NCBI GenBank assembly: GCA_963718235.1
Contig: CAVQYR010000002.1
Span: forward strand, 640,001 to 704,000
DNA: 64,000 nt
Reading direction: 5' to 3'
DNA from: an uncultured Actinomycetota bacterium
Lineage (GTDB): Bacteria; Actinomycetota; Actinomycetes; JAHEKZ01
The notes under the pieces were generated by a model. It was not told the origin of the DNA. It did not search any database and worked only from the letters and a program-made list of their open reading frames with translations. Of this stretch, positions 8,622 to 17,470 are shown piece by piece; the stretch's first letter is position 1; every line of letters starts with the position of its first letter. The translations under genes were made by a program, and so were the position numbers.

Positions 8622-11144
8622 ATGACTGATGCGACCTTCGTGAACCCTGCCGTGAACCGCGCCGTAGAGGCCGCCGAGACCGCAGCGACCTCCGACCTGC
8701 CGGCGCGAGCCCAGTACATCGTCGTCGGCGGTGGCGTGATCGGCACGTCGATCGCCTACCACCTGATGGTGCACGGGGCCAAGGACGTCCTGCTCCTGGA
8801 ACGCAAGCAGCTGACGTCGGGTACCACGTGGCACGCTGCGGGGCTGATCGCGTCCGGGGGCTCGATGGACGAGGACTCCGCCTGGATGATCCGCTACTCA
8901 CGCGACCTGTACGACGGCACCCTCGAGGCCGAGACCGGGTTGTCCACCGGGTTCAACCAGTGCGGTTACCTGCAGCTGGCCACGTCGAAGCGACGGTTCG
9001 ACGCCTACCGCCGTGAGACCGACTTCCTTCGCGCGTACGGGATCGACAAGCACATCCTGTCCGTTTCGGAGGTCGCCGACCTCGTGCCGCACGTGCGCAC
9101 CGACGACGTGTTCGGCGGCTTCTTCACGCCGGACGAGGGTCGGGCGAACCCGGTCGACGTCGCGATGTCGATGGCGCGGGGGGCTCGGATGCGCGGTGCC
9201 CGGGTGGTCGAGAACTGCGAGGTCACGGGATTCCTCACGGCCGACGGCGTGTGCACCGGGGTGATGACCGAGCGCGGGCCGGTGGAGGCGGAGAAGGTGG
9301 TGCTCGCGTCCGGTCTCTGGGGGCGCGAGCTGGCTGCGAAGGCGGGCGTGCTCGCCCCGCTGCAGGCCGCCGAGCACGAGTACCTGCTGACCGAGCCCAT
9401 CGACTGGGTCGGCCCCGACTTCCCGGTCGTGGAGGTGCCCGAGGAGTACGCGTACTTCAGGGAGGAGGTCGGAGGGCTGCTCGTGGGTCTGTTCGAGCCC
9501 ACCGCCAAGGCGTGGTCGCTGGACGGCACCCCCCAGGACTCCGCGTTCGCGGTGTTGCCTCCCGACTGGGACCGGCTCACCCCGTTCCTGGAGACCGCGT
9601 TCAGCCGGTTCGAGGGTCTCGCCGATGCGGGCATCCGCACGCTCTTCGCCGGGCCGGAGAGCTTCACCGACGACATCGTCCCCCTGATGGGGGAGTCGCC
9701 CGAGCTGGCGAACCTGTACCTCGCCTGCGGCCTGAACTCGGTCGGGATCCTGCTCGGTGGCGGCATGGGCAACATGTACGCCCAGTGGCTGATCGAGGGT
9801 GTGTGCCCGGTCGACCTGGCCCACGTCTCGGTCGACCGAGCCCATGACTTCCAGGCCACGAGGCGGTTCCGTGAGGAGCGCACCGTCGAGCGGCTCGGCA
9901 ACCTGCTCAACGACGGCGCGTGGCCCAACCTGCAACCGCGCACGGCGCGCAACGTGCGGCTCTCGCCGCTGCACGACCAGCACGTGGCAGACGGTGCGTA
10001 CTTCGGCGTGTCAGCGGGTTGGGAGTACGCCGACTTCTTCGCCGGCCCCGGGCAGTCGCCCACCGTCGACTTCGGGTTCGAGCGTGGCATCGCCTTCGAG
10101 CACTCCGGCCGTGAGGCGCTCAACATGCGCGCGAACGTCGGTCTCGTCGACATGACCCTCATGAGCAAGTTCGAGATCGTCGGCCCCGACGCCTGTGCGC
10201 TGCTCAACCGGGTGTGCACCAACGACGTCGACGTCGAGCCCGGACGCCTGGTGTACACCACCTGGGTCAACGAGGAGGGCGGGATCATGGCCGACGGGAC
10301 GGTCACTCGTCTCGCCGAGGACCGATACCTGCTCATGGTCTCCGACGTGATCCACCGTCGAATCCCGTCGTGGCTGCGGAGGCACACCCGAGACGACGAG
10401 TTTGTCGTGGTCACCGACGTGACGTCCGGGTACGCCCTGTTCTCCTTGCAGGGGCCGAAGTCCCGTGAGCTGCTGCAGCGGCTCACGCCCGACGATGTGT
10501 CGAACGAGGCGTTCCCCTACCTCACTGCCCAGCGGATCGAGGTCGGGTACACCCCTGTGATGGCTCTTCGGGTCACCTACGTCGGTGAGCTGGGCTGGGA
10601 CATCGCCGTTCCCACGGAGTTCGCCGCGACGTTGTACAGACAGGTCCGCGAAGCAGGAGAAGACCTCGGGTTCCTCCCCAGTGGCATGGGTGCGCTGTCC
10701 AGCATGAGGCTGGAGAAGGCCTACCGCGACATGGCCCACGACATCGACAGCAAGGACAACCCGATCGAGGTCGGGCTCGGGTTCACCGTCTCCTGGGACA
10801 AGCCGGGCGGTTTCGTCGGGCGCGACGCGTTGCTCAAGGCCAAGGAGGCCGGGGCGCCGAGTCGTCGGCTCGTCCAGTTCCTGCTGGAGGACCCGTCGCA
10901 GGATCTCCTGGGTGGGGAGCCGATCTACCAGGACGGCGAGCACGTCGGCTACATGCGCACCGGAGCGTACGGCCACACGCTGGGCGGCGCGGTCGGCCTG
11001 GGGATGGTCGAGCGCGAGGAGCCGATCCCGGCGTCGGCCATCGCCGAGGGGTCCTTCGAGGTGCAGATCTACGGTGACCTGTACCGCGCCAAGGCCTCGC
11101 TGCGGCCGATGTTCGACCCGGACCGCGAGCGCCCCCGCTCCTAG
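8622..11144 (+). CDS. GcvT-family FAD-dependent oxidoreductase (dimethylglycine/sarcosine dehydrogenase-like)
   Basis: Rossmann VVGGGVIG, SGTTWHAAG (covalent-FAD His region), GPESFTDD, and a GcvT-like folate domain (LQGPKSR, RVTYVGELG, SMRLEKAYR). Confidence 0.9.
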   Translation: MTDATFVNPAVNRAVEAAETAATSDLPARAQYIVVGGGVIGTSIAYHLMVHGAKDVLLLERKQLTSGTTWHAAGLIASGGSMDEDSAWMIRYSRDLYDGTLEAETGLSTGFNQCGYLQLATSKRRFDAYRRETDFLRAYGIDKHILSVSEVADLVPHVRTDDVFGGFFTPDEGRANPVDVAMSMARGARMRGARVVENCEVTGFLTADGVCTGVMTERGPVEAEKVVLASGLWGRELAAKAGVLAPLQAAEHEYLLTEPIDWVGPDFPVVEVPEEYAYFREEVGGLLVGLFEPTAKAWSLDGTPQDSAFAVLPPDWDRLTPFLETAFSRFEGLADAGIRTLFAGPESFTDDIVPLMGESPELANLYLACGLNSVGILLGGGMGNMYAQWLIEGVCPVDLAHVSVDRAHDFQATRRFREERTVERLGNLLNDGAWPNLQPRTARNVRLSPLHDQHVADGAYFGVSAGWEYADFFAGPGQSPTVDFGFERGIAFEHSGREALNMRANVGLVDMTLMSKFEIVGPDACALLNRVCTNDVDVEPGRLVYTTWVNEEGGIMADGTVTRLAEDRYLLMVSDVIHRRIPSWLRRHTRDDEFVVVTDVTSGYALFSLQGPKSRELLQRLTPDDVSNEAFPYLTAQRIEVGYTPVMALRVTYVGELGWDIAVPTEFAATLYRQVREAGEDLGFLPSGMGALSSMRLEKAYRDMAHDIDSKDNPIEVGLGFTVSWDKPGGFVGRDALLKAKEAGAPSRRLVQFLLEDPSQDLLGGEPIYQDGEHVGYMRTGAYGHTLGGAVGLGMVEREEPIPASAIAEGSFEVQIYGDLYRAKASLRPMFDPDRERPRS

Positions 11145-11153
11145 AGCCGGAGG

Positions 11154-12494
11154 TCAGGGGGCCCGGGGTTCGCTGAGGACCTGTTGTCCAGCAGGGCCGC
11201 GGAAGGACAGGTCGCCGTTGCTGCCGCGGCCCGGATCCATGGCGACGACCCGCCAACCGCCGCGGCGGGGCTCGCGGTGGACCCGGTTGTGGTGCCAGCG
11301 GCACAACAGCAGCGCATTCGCCAGGTCGGTGGCGCCACCGTGCTCCCAAGGGATGAGGTGGTGGGCGTCGGTGTACCGGGGTGGGCGGGTGCACCCGGGG
11401 AAGCGGCACCCGGCGTCGCGCACGACGAGCGCGCGTCGCTGCTCGGGGGTGAACAGACGGGCTCGTCGTCCGACGTCCAACGGAGCCGAGTCCGGTCCGA
11501 GGAGCACCCGGCCGACCCGGGCGTCGCACAGCAGGCGGTGCACGTCGTCCATGGGTAGTCCGAGTGGGCCACCGGGGGCGTCATGGACCACCGCGAGACG
11601 CGCTCGGTGCAGGGTCAGCGTGTCGGGCGTGCACCCGGACCGGACAGGCCGATTGGGCAGCAGCGCGGTCATGGGCAGGACGATGTCGACGGCAGCCACG
11701 CTTCCGGACAGCTGCGGCAGCTGTTCGCTGCGCAGCGCCACCGCGGCGACCTCGATGAGCGCGTCTGCGCGGCGCTGCCCGGCCGAGCGTAGATCGCTGC
11801 TGTCGACCGGCACCATCAGCGGCGCCAAGGCAGCCGTGAGGGTGGCGGTGCCTTCGGCGTCCAGCAGTCCGTCGACCGCGGTCATGCCGTCCAACAACGG
11901 GGAGAGGGAAAGGTGCCGTCGGGTGAACTGCCGGTCCCGCTCGCCCAGCTCACCGTCGGGGTCGACCACATCCAGCAGCCTGCGGCCGGCCCTGCGCACC
12001 GCAGCGGGGTCGCTGTGGGCAGCCAGCTCGTGCAGCAGCGGCACCGCCTGCTCCAGCTCACCGGGCGCGTGGCGCAGCGGTCGCAGCGCGGAGCTCATCG
12101 CTCGCACGTGCTCGAACCGCAGCTCCCCGCGCCGAGTCGCCCCCAACGAGTCGGACAGCGGCTGCCAGTCCCGCGCCACCCGCACTCGGGACCGGGCGTC
12201 CCCGACCGACAACCGAAGCTCGTGATGCAACCACGCCGTGGTGTCGCGCTGCCCGGACATGACCGGGGCGTCACCGAGGGCGTCGAACGTGGCCAACGTG
12301 CGGGTGAACATCACCTCGGCCGTGTCGACGAGCTGGCGCAGCCCGGCCAACCACCCGGCTCGCGCGGTGGGGGAGACCGCGTCGTCGACGCGCTCCTCCA
12401 GCAGCCGCAACCGCTCGACGACCTCGAGCAGCTCGCGGGGCGGGTCGAACGGGACGCTCGTCGACCGGCCGAGCGGACCGGGTCCGGGAACCAA
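11154..12494 (-). CDS. DUF222 (13E12 repeat family) HNH endonuclease, copy 1
   Basis: QRRADAL, LLCDA..GRVLLG..S.PLDVGR, RDAGCRFPGC, DAHHLIPWEHGGATDLANALLLCRWHHNRVH; start uncertain (TTG 12494). Confidence 0.9.
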   Translation of the reverse strand: MVPGPGPLGRSTSVPFDPPRELLEVVERLRLLEERVDDAVSPTARAGWLAGLRQLVDTAEVMFTRTLATFDALGDAPVMSGQRDTTAWLHHELRLSVGDARSRVRVARDWQPLSDSLGATRRGELRFEHVRAMSSALRPLRHAPGELEQAVPLLHELAAHSDPAAVRRAGRRLLDVVDPDGELGERDRQFTRRHLSLSPLLDGMTAVDGLLDAEGTATLTAALAPLMVPVDSSDLRSAGQRRADALIEVAAVALRSEQLPQLSGSVAAVDIVLPMTALLPNRPVRSGCTPDTLTLHRARLAVVHDAPGGPLGLPMDDVHRLLCDARVGRVLLGPDSAPLDVGRRARLFTPEQRRALVVRDAGCRFPGCTRPPRYTDAHHLIPWEHGGATDLANALLLCRWHHNRVHREPRRGGWRVVAMDPGRGSNGDLSFRGPAGQQVLSEPRAP

Positions 12495-12656
12495 AGGAAC
12501 ACATCCTTCGAGAGGCTGGAGACTGAGCCCTCGCGCAGGTCGGCGACGGCCTGGACGACCGACTGCTCATCAACGTCTTGACCCAAGGTGCGCTCTGCCC
12601 GGCGACCGAGGTGGTGCCTCGATCCCGCGACTCCCACATGCTCGTCCAGTACCGCA

Positions 12657-12678
12657 AACCTACGCGGCACCTCTGACA
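12657..12678 (-). promoter_or_regulatory. RecA-NDp-like (PafBC-type) DNA-damage promoter upstream of DUF222-HNH copy 1
   Basis: Minus strand reads TGTCAG-AGGTGCCGCG-TA-GGT-T, matching TGTCRG-N10-TA-N3-T. Confidence 0.65.
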
Positions 12679-12736
12679 GTTCGTGTGCCAACAGGATCAG
12701 ATCCACAACCGTCGTATCGCTCGGAGAAGCGAACTG

Positions 12737-14105
12737 CTAGCTCCGGACGGGGAAGCGTCCCACCACACGTTCTATGTCGCCGGCGACGGCGAGCGTCGTC
12801 AGGTCGCCGAGGTAGGGGCCGACGACCTGCAGCCCCACGGGAAGCCCCGCCGGTCCGCCGGGGGCCAGCCCCACCGGGGAGTGCGGTCGCCGGAAGGTGA
12901 AGCAGCGTCGCCAGGGCCGGCCAGAAGAGCGAGGTCGGGCTGTACGGCCGAGCGACGGCGTCGACGTCGAGGGTCCGGTGCTCGGCGGGGCGATGGTCGT
13001 GCGGGAACGCCGCGACCGGAAAGGTCGGGAGCAGCAGCGCGTCGTACCGGCCGAAGAACTCCTGCATGGACTGCTGAAGGCCGAGTCGGCGCTCGTTGGA
13101 GGCGAGCCACCGGGTGTGCGTGAGCCCGCGGTCCTCGTCGACCACCGGCCGGAGCATCGTGGTGTAGAGGTCGGCGACGTCGTGCAGGTCGACGGGGAGG
13201 ACGGGGCTGCGGTCGATCGTGCAGCCGGCTCGCGCGACGGTGTCCATGGCCTGGCCCAGGACCGACCGCACCGACGTGTCGACCGGGGTGGCCGGGTCGT
13301 CCATGACGGCGGCCAGACGCCACGAGCGAAGCCCCTGCTTGGCCGGTGGCGGAAGCTCGAGGCGCCACCCGGCGGACTGAGGAGGGATCGGACCGCAGAT
13401 CACGGTGAGCGCCAGCGGCAGGTCGCCCACGCTTCGGGCCATCGGACCGACCACCCCCAGGTCGGGTTGGCTCAGCGACCCGGGAGGTCCGGGGATGTGG
13501 CCGCGTTGGGGCACCACGCCGTGGGTCGGCTTGTGCCCGGCGACCCCGCAGAAGCCGGCCGGGACCCGGATGGACCCACCGATGTCGCTGCCGAGCTCCA
13601 GCGACGTCAGACCAGCGGCGAGGGCGGCAGCGGAGCCCCCCGACGAGCCGCCGCACGTGCGGGTGAGGTCCCAGGGGTTGTGCGTCGTCCCGAACAGCTC
13701 GTTGGTGGTCTGCCAGTCGCCGGCCAGCGCAGGGGTGTTCGTCTTGCCGACGATGATCGCCCCGGCGTCGCGCAGCCGGGCCACGGCGACCGCGTCGGCG
13801 GTCGGCCGGTGGTCGGTGAGGACCGGGCTCCCGGCGGTCGTGCGCAGCCCCACCGTCTCGAAGGTGTCCTTGACGGTGATCGGCAGGCCGTGCAGGGGGC
13901 CGAGGAACCGCCCGCGGGCGAGCGCCTCGTCGGCCAGCCGGGCGGAGACCCGGGCCCGGTCGGCGTCGATGCTGACGACCGCGCGGACGACGTCGTTGAC
14001 CGAAGCGATCCGCTCCAGGTGCTCGGCCAGCAGATCTCGGGCACTGACCTGCCTGCTGCGCAACGCGGCGAGCAGGTCGCGTGCGGTCGACGTCGCGAGG
14101 TCCAC
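12737..14105 (-). CDS. Amidase signature family protein (apparent +1 frameshift near 12876-12879)
   Basis: GPLHGLPITVKD, GKTNTP, GGSSGGSAAA, GSDIGGSIRVPA; removing one base from the G4 run restores the C-terminus LPVGL...GLPVGLQVVGPYLGD ending at TAG 12737. Confidence 0.87.
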
Positions 14106-14156
14106 CGGGCCAGCCTCCCACTGTCGGTGTGACGGCCGAGCGCCTACCGTCGTGCC

Positions 14157-14660
14157 GTGGGCACGGAGCTGCTGGGTGATGCGCCGACGACGCGCTCGGA
14201 CCGACGCGGTGTGCCGAGAGCGTTGGTCCTCGCCGGTCTCGCTGTGGTGCTGTTGTCGACCCTGGTCGGGGTCGCTGTCTCTCGCGCTGGCCGTGACGTC
14301 GGTGCCGCCACCCCGGTCCTCGGCGGGCCGCTGCTCCGCCCCGACCGTTCCCACGACGTTCCCGTCTCCTGGTATGCCGTGCACGGCGTCGAGGCGCGCG
14401 CCCTGACCGTCGGCTACTGGGTGGGGGCGTGCTCGGAGCCGGGCGAGGTCCAGGTGGTCAGGCAGTTGCCACGGGTGGTTCTCGTCACCGCCACGTCCGT
14501 CGCCCCCCGGGCGGGGACGACGTGCGCGGGCGCGAGGACCGAGGTCAGCGACACCGTCGTCCTCGCCCTCCCGCTCGGTGACCGGGCGGTTGTCGACGCC
14601 CGTTCGGCCCAGCCGTTGCCCCGCCAGCGGCTGGACCGACGTCCCGCCGACGGCCTCTGA
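14157..14660 (+). CDS. Hypothetical membrane-anchored protein with a small two-Cys extracellular domain
   Basis: N-terminal hydrophobic helix, Cys pair, C-terminal LALPLGDRAVVD; TACCGT-6nt-GTG leaderless signature. Confidence 0.55.
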   Translation: MGTELLGDAPTTRSDRRGVPRALVLAGLAVVLLSTLVGVAVSRAGRDVGAATPVLGGPLLRPDRSHDVPVSWYAVHGVEARALTVGYWVGACSEPGEVQVVRQLPRVVLVTATSVAPRAGTTCAGARTEVSDTVVLALPLGDRAVVDARSAQPLPRQRLDRRPADGL

Positions 14661-14674
14661 GTCGCTCGCTGGCG

Positions 14675-16105
14675 TCAGTGGCCGGTGAGCCGACGCATCA
14701 CGTGGTCGCGCAGCCTGGCCGGTCGTCCGGTGATCTGCTCGCTCGCATCGATCGACGCGGCCAGCCGGATGCCCGCGTTGATCCCGATCCAGCGCAGCGG
14801 CTCGGGCTCCCACGCGGGGGAGTGGTGGCCCACCCAGGGCAGCGAGAGAAGCTCGTCGTCGTCCACCGAGCGCTGCCCAGACTCCTCTACGTCGACGAGC
14901 GCTGCCACGGTCCGACCGGCCAGGTTGGTCAGAGCGACACCGTCACCGGAGTAGCCGCCCGCGGTGATCACGTCGGTCGTGGTGTCGTGCACGACCGAGG
15001 GCCACCAGTCACGGGGGATGCCCAGCACGCCTCCCCACCCATGGGTGATGGCGGAGCCCACGAGCTGAGGGAAGAACTCGAGCAGGCTGAGTCGAAGCGC
15101 GTCGTAGACCGCCGGCGCCCGGTCGAAGCGAGGCGAGATGGCCGACCCGTAGTGGTAGGGGACGCCTCGCCCACCGAGGACGACCCGGTCGTCAGCCGTG
15201 CGCTGCGCATAGACGATGAAGCGTCGCTCGTCGTTGAACGTGTCGCGGTGCTGCCACCCGACCTCGTCCCAGAAGGACGTCGGAAGCGGTTCGGTGGCGA
15301 TCACCATCGAGTACATGGGGAGCAGCCGTCGGCGCTGACCGTCGAGCGTGCGGGTGTAGCCCTCGGTGGCCCGAACCACGTACTTCGCCGTGACATCACC
15401 CGACGGCGTGCGCGCCACGCGCGGCCCGATGCTCGTGACCGGCGTCTGCTCGTACACCGTGACGCCCATGCGCTCGACGACCTCGGCCAGGCCGCGCGCC
15501 AGCCGGGCCGGATCGATCGCCGCGCAGTGAGGCGTCCACAGGGCCCCGAACACCCCGTCCGCCGCGAGTCGCTCGCGGGCCTGGTCCCGGTCGAGCCAGA
15601 CCACGTCGTGCTGCTCCCACGCGTGCTCGTGCCGCAGCACCTCCTGGAGGCGGTCGACCTGCAGGGGGCTTCGCGCGAACCGCAGGTACCCGCCCTTGGC
15701 GAACCGCGCATCGATCCCTTCGGCAGCCGCCACGTCGCCGACCTCGTCGACGCACTGGTGGGCGGCCCGCTGCATGGCCAGCGCCGACGCGCGGCTCGAC
15801 CGCGCGGCGATGGTGTCCAGGTCGAGGGGCAGCAGGCCCGAGCACCAGCCCCCGTTGCGTCCGGACGCACCGAACCCAGCGGTCTCGGCCTCGAGGACGG
15901 CAATGGAGAGGTCGGGACGGCGACGGGCCAGGTAGTAGGCCGACCACAGACCGGTGAACCCGGCCCCGACGATGACGACGTCGAAGTCGGCGGGACCGGC
16001 CAGCGCGGCGCGCGCGGCATGCGGCTCGTCGCCGGGCAGTGAGTCCCACCACAGGGACAGCGATCGGTAGTCGCCGTGAGACCTCGGCGCTGTGCTCCTG
16101 TTCAC
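14675..16105 (-). CDS. FAD-dependent oxidoreductase, DadA/PuuB (gamma-glutamylputrescine oxidase)-like
   Basis: SLWW, DVVIVGAGFTGLWSAYYL, GFGASGRNGG, ATEGYT, WGGVLG, GGYSGDGVA, WEPEPLRW. Confidence 0.87.
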   Translation of the reverse strand: MNRSTAPRSHGDYRSLSLWWDSLPGDEPHAARAALAGPADFDVVIVGAGFTGLWSAYYLARRRPDLSIAVLEAETAGFGASGRNGGWCSGLLPLDLDTIAARSSRASALAMQRAAHQCVDEVGDVAAAEGIDARFAKGGYLRFARSPLQVDRLQEVLRHEHAWEQHDVVWLDRDQARERLAADGVFGALWTPHCAAIDPARLARGLAEVVERMGVTVYEQTPVTSIGPRVARTPSGDVTAKYVVRATEGYTRTLDGQRRRLLPMYSMVIATEPLPTSFWDEVGWQHRDTFNDERRFIVYAQRTADDRVVLGGRGVPYHYGSAISPRFDRAPAVYDALRLSLLEFFPQLVGSAITHGWGGVLGIPRDWWPSVVHDTTTDVITAGGYSGDGVALTNLAGRTVAALVDVEESGQRSVDDDELLSLPWVGHHSPAWEPEPLRWIGINAGIRLAASIDASEQITGRPARLRDHVMRRLTGH

Positions 16106-16145
16106 GGTGCTGGCCACCTCACTGTTCGGTGTCTCGCATGAGCGC

Positions 16146-16646
16146 TCACTGTTCGATGACGCGCATGAGCTTGGTGATGACCGGGTGGTACCCACGCCGG
16201 CGGTAGAAGCGTTCGGCGTCGTCGTTGCCGACCATGACCGCGATGAACGAAGCCCCGACCCCCATCGCGTGGAGCTCGGCGTCGACGGCGTCCAGCAACG
16301 TGCTCCCCAGCCCCTGCCCGCGCAGCTCCGGGGCGACGACGAGGGTCTCGACCTCCGCGTAGCGGTCCCCGGTCGGCCAGGTGTCGTCCGCCCCCCGGTG
16401 CATCGCGACCATCGCATAGCCGACGAGTCGCGACCCGGCGCGGGCCAGGACTGCGAACGCGGCCGGGTCGGTCAGGACCTGCTCGTACACGACTCGACGC
16501 AACGCCCACGACTGGTCTCGCTCGATCACCGGGCCGGGCCCGACCTGCTCGTGGTGGTCGAACAGGGACAGCCACAGGTCCGAGAGCTCGTCCAGCGCTG
16601 CAGCACCGAGCAGCGCGTCACCTCGCACCACCGACACGTCGACCAC
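16146..16646 (-). CDS. GNAT family acetyltransferase
   Basis: LVVAPELRGQGLGSTLL...GNDDAERFYRRRGY. Confidence 0.88.
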   Translation of the reverse strand: MVDVSVVRGDALLGAAALDELSDLWLSLFDHHEQVGPGPVIERDQSWALRRVVYEQVLTDPAAFAVLARAGSRLVGYAMVAMHRGADDTWPTGDRYAEVETLVVAPELRGQGLGSTLLDAVDAELHAMGVGASFIAVMVGNDDAERFYRRRGYHPVITKLMRVIEQ

Positions 16647-16689
16647 GAGGGTCCCTCCTTCTGGGTCACGTCAGGCTAGCGTCGACGCC

Positions 16690-17097
16690 GTGACCACTCC
16701 CACGCCCTACCGGGTCATGGTCGTCGACGACTCCGCGACGATCCGCGACCTCATCGCGGTCAACCTCGAGCTCGAGGGCTACGACGTCGACACCGCCGAG
16801 GACTCCGACGCGTGTCTGGCGTACCTGGCGCTCGTGGTCGCAGGTGAGGTCCCCCTCCCGGACATCTTCCTGCTCGACGTGGTCATGCCGGGTGTCAACG
16901 GTGTCGAGCTGACCCGTCGGCTGAAGGCCGACCCGCTGACCGCCCACATCCCCGTCCTCATCGTCAGCGCCTCGGCCCAGCAGCGCGACTTCGAGGTCGC
17001 CCGGGCGGCCAAGGCCGACGGCTACCTCACCAAGCCGTTCGACCCCGACGAGCTCGTGGGCACCGTGGCGCGGCTCATCGCGGACGTGGCGTCGTGA
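16690..17097 (+). CDS. Single-domain response regulator (receiver only)
   Basis: VMVVDDS, LLDVVMPGVNG, SA, GYLTKPFD; no output domain. Confidence 0.92.
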   Translation: MTTPTPYRVMVVDDSATIRDLIAVNLELEGYDVDTAEDSDACLAYLALVVAGEVPLPDIFLLDVVMPGVNGVELTRRLKADPLTAHIPVLIVSASAQQRDFEVARAAKADGYLTKPFDPDELVGTVARLIADVAS

Positions 17098-17447
17098 CAG
17101 CGGTCCCCATCGCCGTCTCGGCACTCCTCGCGTTCGGCTTCGTGATGATCGGACTGGCCAAGGTCCAGCAGCTTCCGGCGTCCACAGCGGTACGGGACCG
17201 GTTGGGGATCGGGTCCTCGCTCTGGCGGACGCTCGGAGTGGTGGAGCTCGTGGCCGCCGTGGCGCTCGTCGTCGGGGTGGTCGCCCTGCCGGCCCTGGCC
17301 GTGACCGCACTCGTCGGCCTGGCCCTCCTCACTGCCGCGGCCGTGGTGGCCCACCTCCGGGTCTCCGACCATCCCGGCGCGGTCCCTGCGGCCGTGCTCC
17401 TGGTGACCTGCCTGGTCGACCTGTGGTTGGTCGCGCAGTTCCGGTGA
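17094..17447 (+). CDS. DoxX-like membrane protein
   Basis: GLAK, LGVVEL, AVVAHLRVSD pattern with four TM helices; GTGA coupling to the previous gene. Confidence 0.7.
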   Translation: MTAVPIAVSALLAFGFVMIGLAKVQQLPASTAVRDRLGIGSSLWRTLGVVELVAAVALVVGVVALPALAVTALVGLALLTAAAVVAHLRVSDHPGAVPAAVLLVTCLVDLWLVAQFR

Positions 17448-17470
17448 CGACCGACGACTACCCTTGACGG

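Larger units (their letters stand above)
11145..12736 (-). mobile_element. Putative DUF222-HNH element 1 (gene plus ~240 bp 5' region), between the convergent gcvT-like and amidase genes
   Basis: Paralog of 56387-57898; bounded by CTAG at 11141-11144 and 12737-12740; mobility is inferred, no terminal repeats seen. Confidence 0.4.

Noticed and set aside
14106-14813. N-terminal extension of the amidase ORF (717 aa)
   Set aside because: Overlaps the plus-strand gene 14157-14660 and the oxidase 3' end; amidase homology starts at ~14105
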